DNA from: Candidatus Micrarchaeota archaeon
Lineage (GTDB): Archaea; Micrarchaeota; Micrarchaeia; Norongarragalinales; Norongarragalinaceae
Length of the DNA stretch: 16,853 nt
Assembly: GCA_037444485.1 (NCBI GenBank)
Contig: JBBIMI010000019.1
Span: forward strand, 1 to 16,853
Reading direction: 5' to 3'
Within the stretch, counting starts at the first letter, position 1. Every line of letters starts with the position of its first letter. A program made the position numbers and the translations under genes. The notes beneath the pieces were generated by a model. It was not told the DNA's origin. It saw nothing but the letters and a program-made list of their open reading frames with translations, and searched no databases. Below, piece after piece: positions 15,347 to 16,853 of this stretch.

Positions 15347-16609
15347 TTGCGGTTGATTAGATTGACTCAATTCGATTCGTTAAAAAAGAAAATTCTCGAC
15401 AAGACCGCGCGAGTGGCGTTCGTGGGACTAGGCAAGATGGGCTTGCCTTCAGCGCTTTTCATGGCCGAAGCCGGCTTTACAGTAACCGGAATAGACGTCA
15501 ACAAGCGCGTTGTCGACGCGGTGAACGCAGGCAAGATTCCTTACTTCGAGCCGGGCGCTGAAGAAGCGCTGGCGCGCGTGAAAACGCGTTTCCGCGCTAC
15601 GACGGATTACGCGCAAATCGCGAACGCGGACGTGGTGCTCTGCGCGGTTCCAACAATAATCACGCCCAGCAAGCAAGTCGATTATTCGATAGTCGAAAAA
15701 GCTTTTCTGGAAGCAAGCAAATACCTTCACCCGAACACGCTCGTGGTTTTCGAAAGCAACGTCACGCCCGGCGTTACTGAAGGACTCGTTCTCAACGCGC
15801 TCGAATCGCGGGGTTTAAAGCATGGTAAAGATTTTCTGCTCGCGTACGTGCCGATTCAAGGCAAGGCAGGCAGAATGTTTAGAGACTTGAAGGAATACGA
15901 GCGCGTAGTGGCGGGCGTCACGCCCGAAGCGCGCGAGCTTGCGGAACTCTTTTTCAAGCAAACTGGCTTTAAAACGCTGCTCGCGTCGTCATGCAAAGTC
16001 GCGGAACTCGAAAAACTTTACACCAACATTTACAGAGACATTACAATCGCCGCTGTGAACGAACTCGCTACTTACTGCGGAAAACTAGGCATCGACGTGC
16101 ATGAAGTCATCAAGTTCGCGCGCTTGATTCCCGGCGTCAGCATTCCAGAGCCCGGCATCGGGGTGGGCGGCAACTGTCTTCCAGTCGACCCTTACTTCCT
16201 GATTCACGACTGCAAGCGCGTTGGGGTGGAAGCCAAACTCGCGAAAACCGCGCGCGAAGTGAACGACTCGCGACCCGCGCTGGTTGCGGAGAAGATACTC
16301 GAAGCCGCGCGAAAGCACAAAGCCAAACGCGTCGTGCTTCTCGGAATCGCCTTCAGGCCGGACACGCACGAGACTGCCTACTCGCCCGCGCTCGAAGTGT
16401 ACAAGCTCGTCGCGAAAAAAATTTTGGATGTACGTGTTTTTGACCCGCTGGTTGGCAGCGAAGCCCTCGCGCGCTTGGGCGTGAAGGAAGCGAGCGAGGA
16501 CGACTTAAGCAAGGCCGACGTTTTCTTTGAACTCGTGCCGCACGCGGTTTTTGCAAAGACGACGGCGCTGCAAGGCAAGCGAATCGTTAAGCTGGGCGAA
16601 CTTACGTAA
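15347..16609 (+). CDS. Second nucleotide-sugar dehydrogenase (UDP-glucose/GDP-mannose dehydrogenase family)
   Basis: GLGKMGLP, VPT, ESNVTPG, AELEKLYTNIYRD, GVGGNCLPVDP and GIAFRPDT. TATA (TATATAAA) at 15295-15302. The start could instead be TTG 15362. Confidence 0.93.
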   Translation: MRLIRLTQFDSLKKKILDKTARVAFVGLGKMGLPSALFMAEAGFTVTGIDVNKRVVDAVNAGKIPYFEPGAEEALARVKTRFRATTDYAQIANADVVLCAVPTIITPSKQVDYSIVEKAFLEASKYLHPNTLVVFESNVTPGVTEGLVLNALESRGLKHGKDFLLAYVPIQGKAGRMFRDLKEYERVVAGVTPEARELAELFFKQTGFKTLLASSCKVAELEKLYTNIYRDITIAAVNELATYCGKLGIDVHEVIKFARLIPGVSIPEPGIGVGGNCLPVDPYFLIHDCKRVGVEAKLAKTAREVNDSRPALVAEKILEAARKHKAKRVVLLGIAFRPDTHETAYSPALEVYKLVAKKILDVRVFDPLVGSEALARLGVKEASEDDLSKADVFFELVPHAVFAKTTALQGKRIVKLGELT

Positions 16610-16668
16610 AAACCAGAACGGCACAAACACTATCGAAGTATAGACTATTTTTTTGTAGTCTTTTAAAA

Positions 16669-16684
16669 CGAAATGCTTATATAA
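16669..16684 (+). promoter_or_regulatory. BRE/TATA promoter (CGAAATGC TTATATAA) for a leaderless ORF starting at ATG 16706
   Basis: Consensus match. The ATG lies 29 nt from the first T of the TATA box. Confidence 0.5.
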
Positions 16685-16776
16685 TATCGTATTGTAGTTT
16701 TGGGCATGGCGGTTGTCTTAAGCTTGTTTAACGGCAGCCTGATTTGCTTTGTTTGGCGCGGCGGTGGTTTAATCCC

Positions 16777-16853
16777 TTTGGCTGAGAAATCCCACGAGTT
16801 CAGTCGTGGGATGAATTAGCCCTAAATTCTTTGCGATTATAATGCCTCCTTAG
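16777..16853 (+). mobile_element. Second copy of the IS200-type left end, running off the window
   Basis: 75/77-nt inverted match to 8829-8905, with the same ATCCCACGA/TCGTGGGAT hairpin. Confidence 0.88.

Overview
Archaeal chromosomal segment. The evidence is BHB-type tRNA introns, tRNA genes without encoded CCA and BRE/TATA promoters; a DPANN-like origin is my inference. The left half holds an AT-rich orphan gene, tRNA-Gly(GCC), a membrane-anchored Ig-like protein and a frameshifted HD-GYP phosphohydrolase. It also carries the AmmeMemoRadiSam trio (amrS-amrB-amrA) interrupted by a PD-(D/E)XK-like nuclease, a tRNA-Phe(GAA) with two introns, and a tRNA-Val(TAC) split in its T-loop (59/60) by a 194-nt repeat-expanded intron. 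The right half is a surface-glycan cluster: an epimerase, two nucleotide-sugar dehydrogenases, a GT4, a CE4 deacetylase and a broken methyltransferase. The cluster is bracketed by two inverted copies of an IS200-type left end, and one copy leads into a decayed tnpA fused to a probable DNA-methyltransferase remnant. A promoter-preceded, highly structured ~140-nt intergenic element (15107-15247) looks like an unannotated ncRNA. Intergenic DNA is full of strand-biased A-rich tracts and short tandem duplications.
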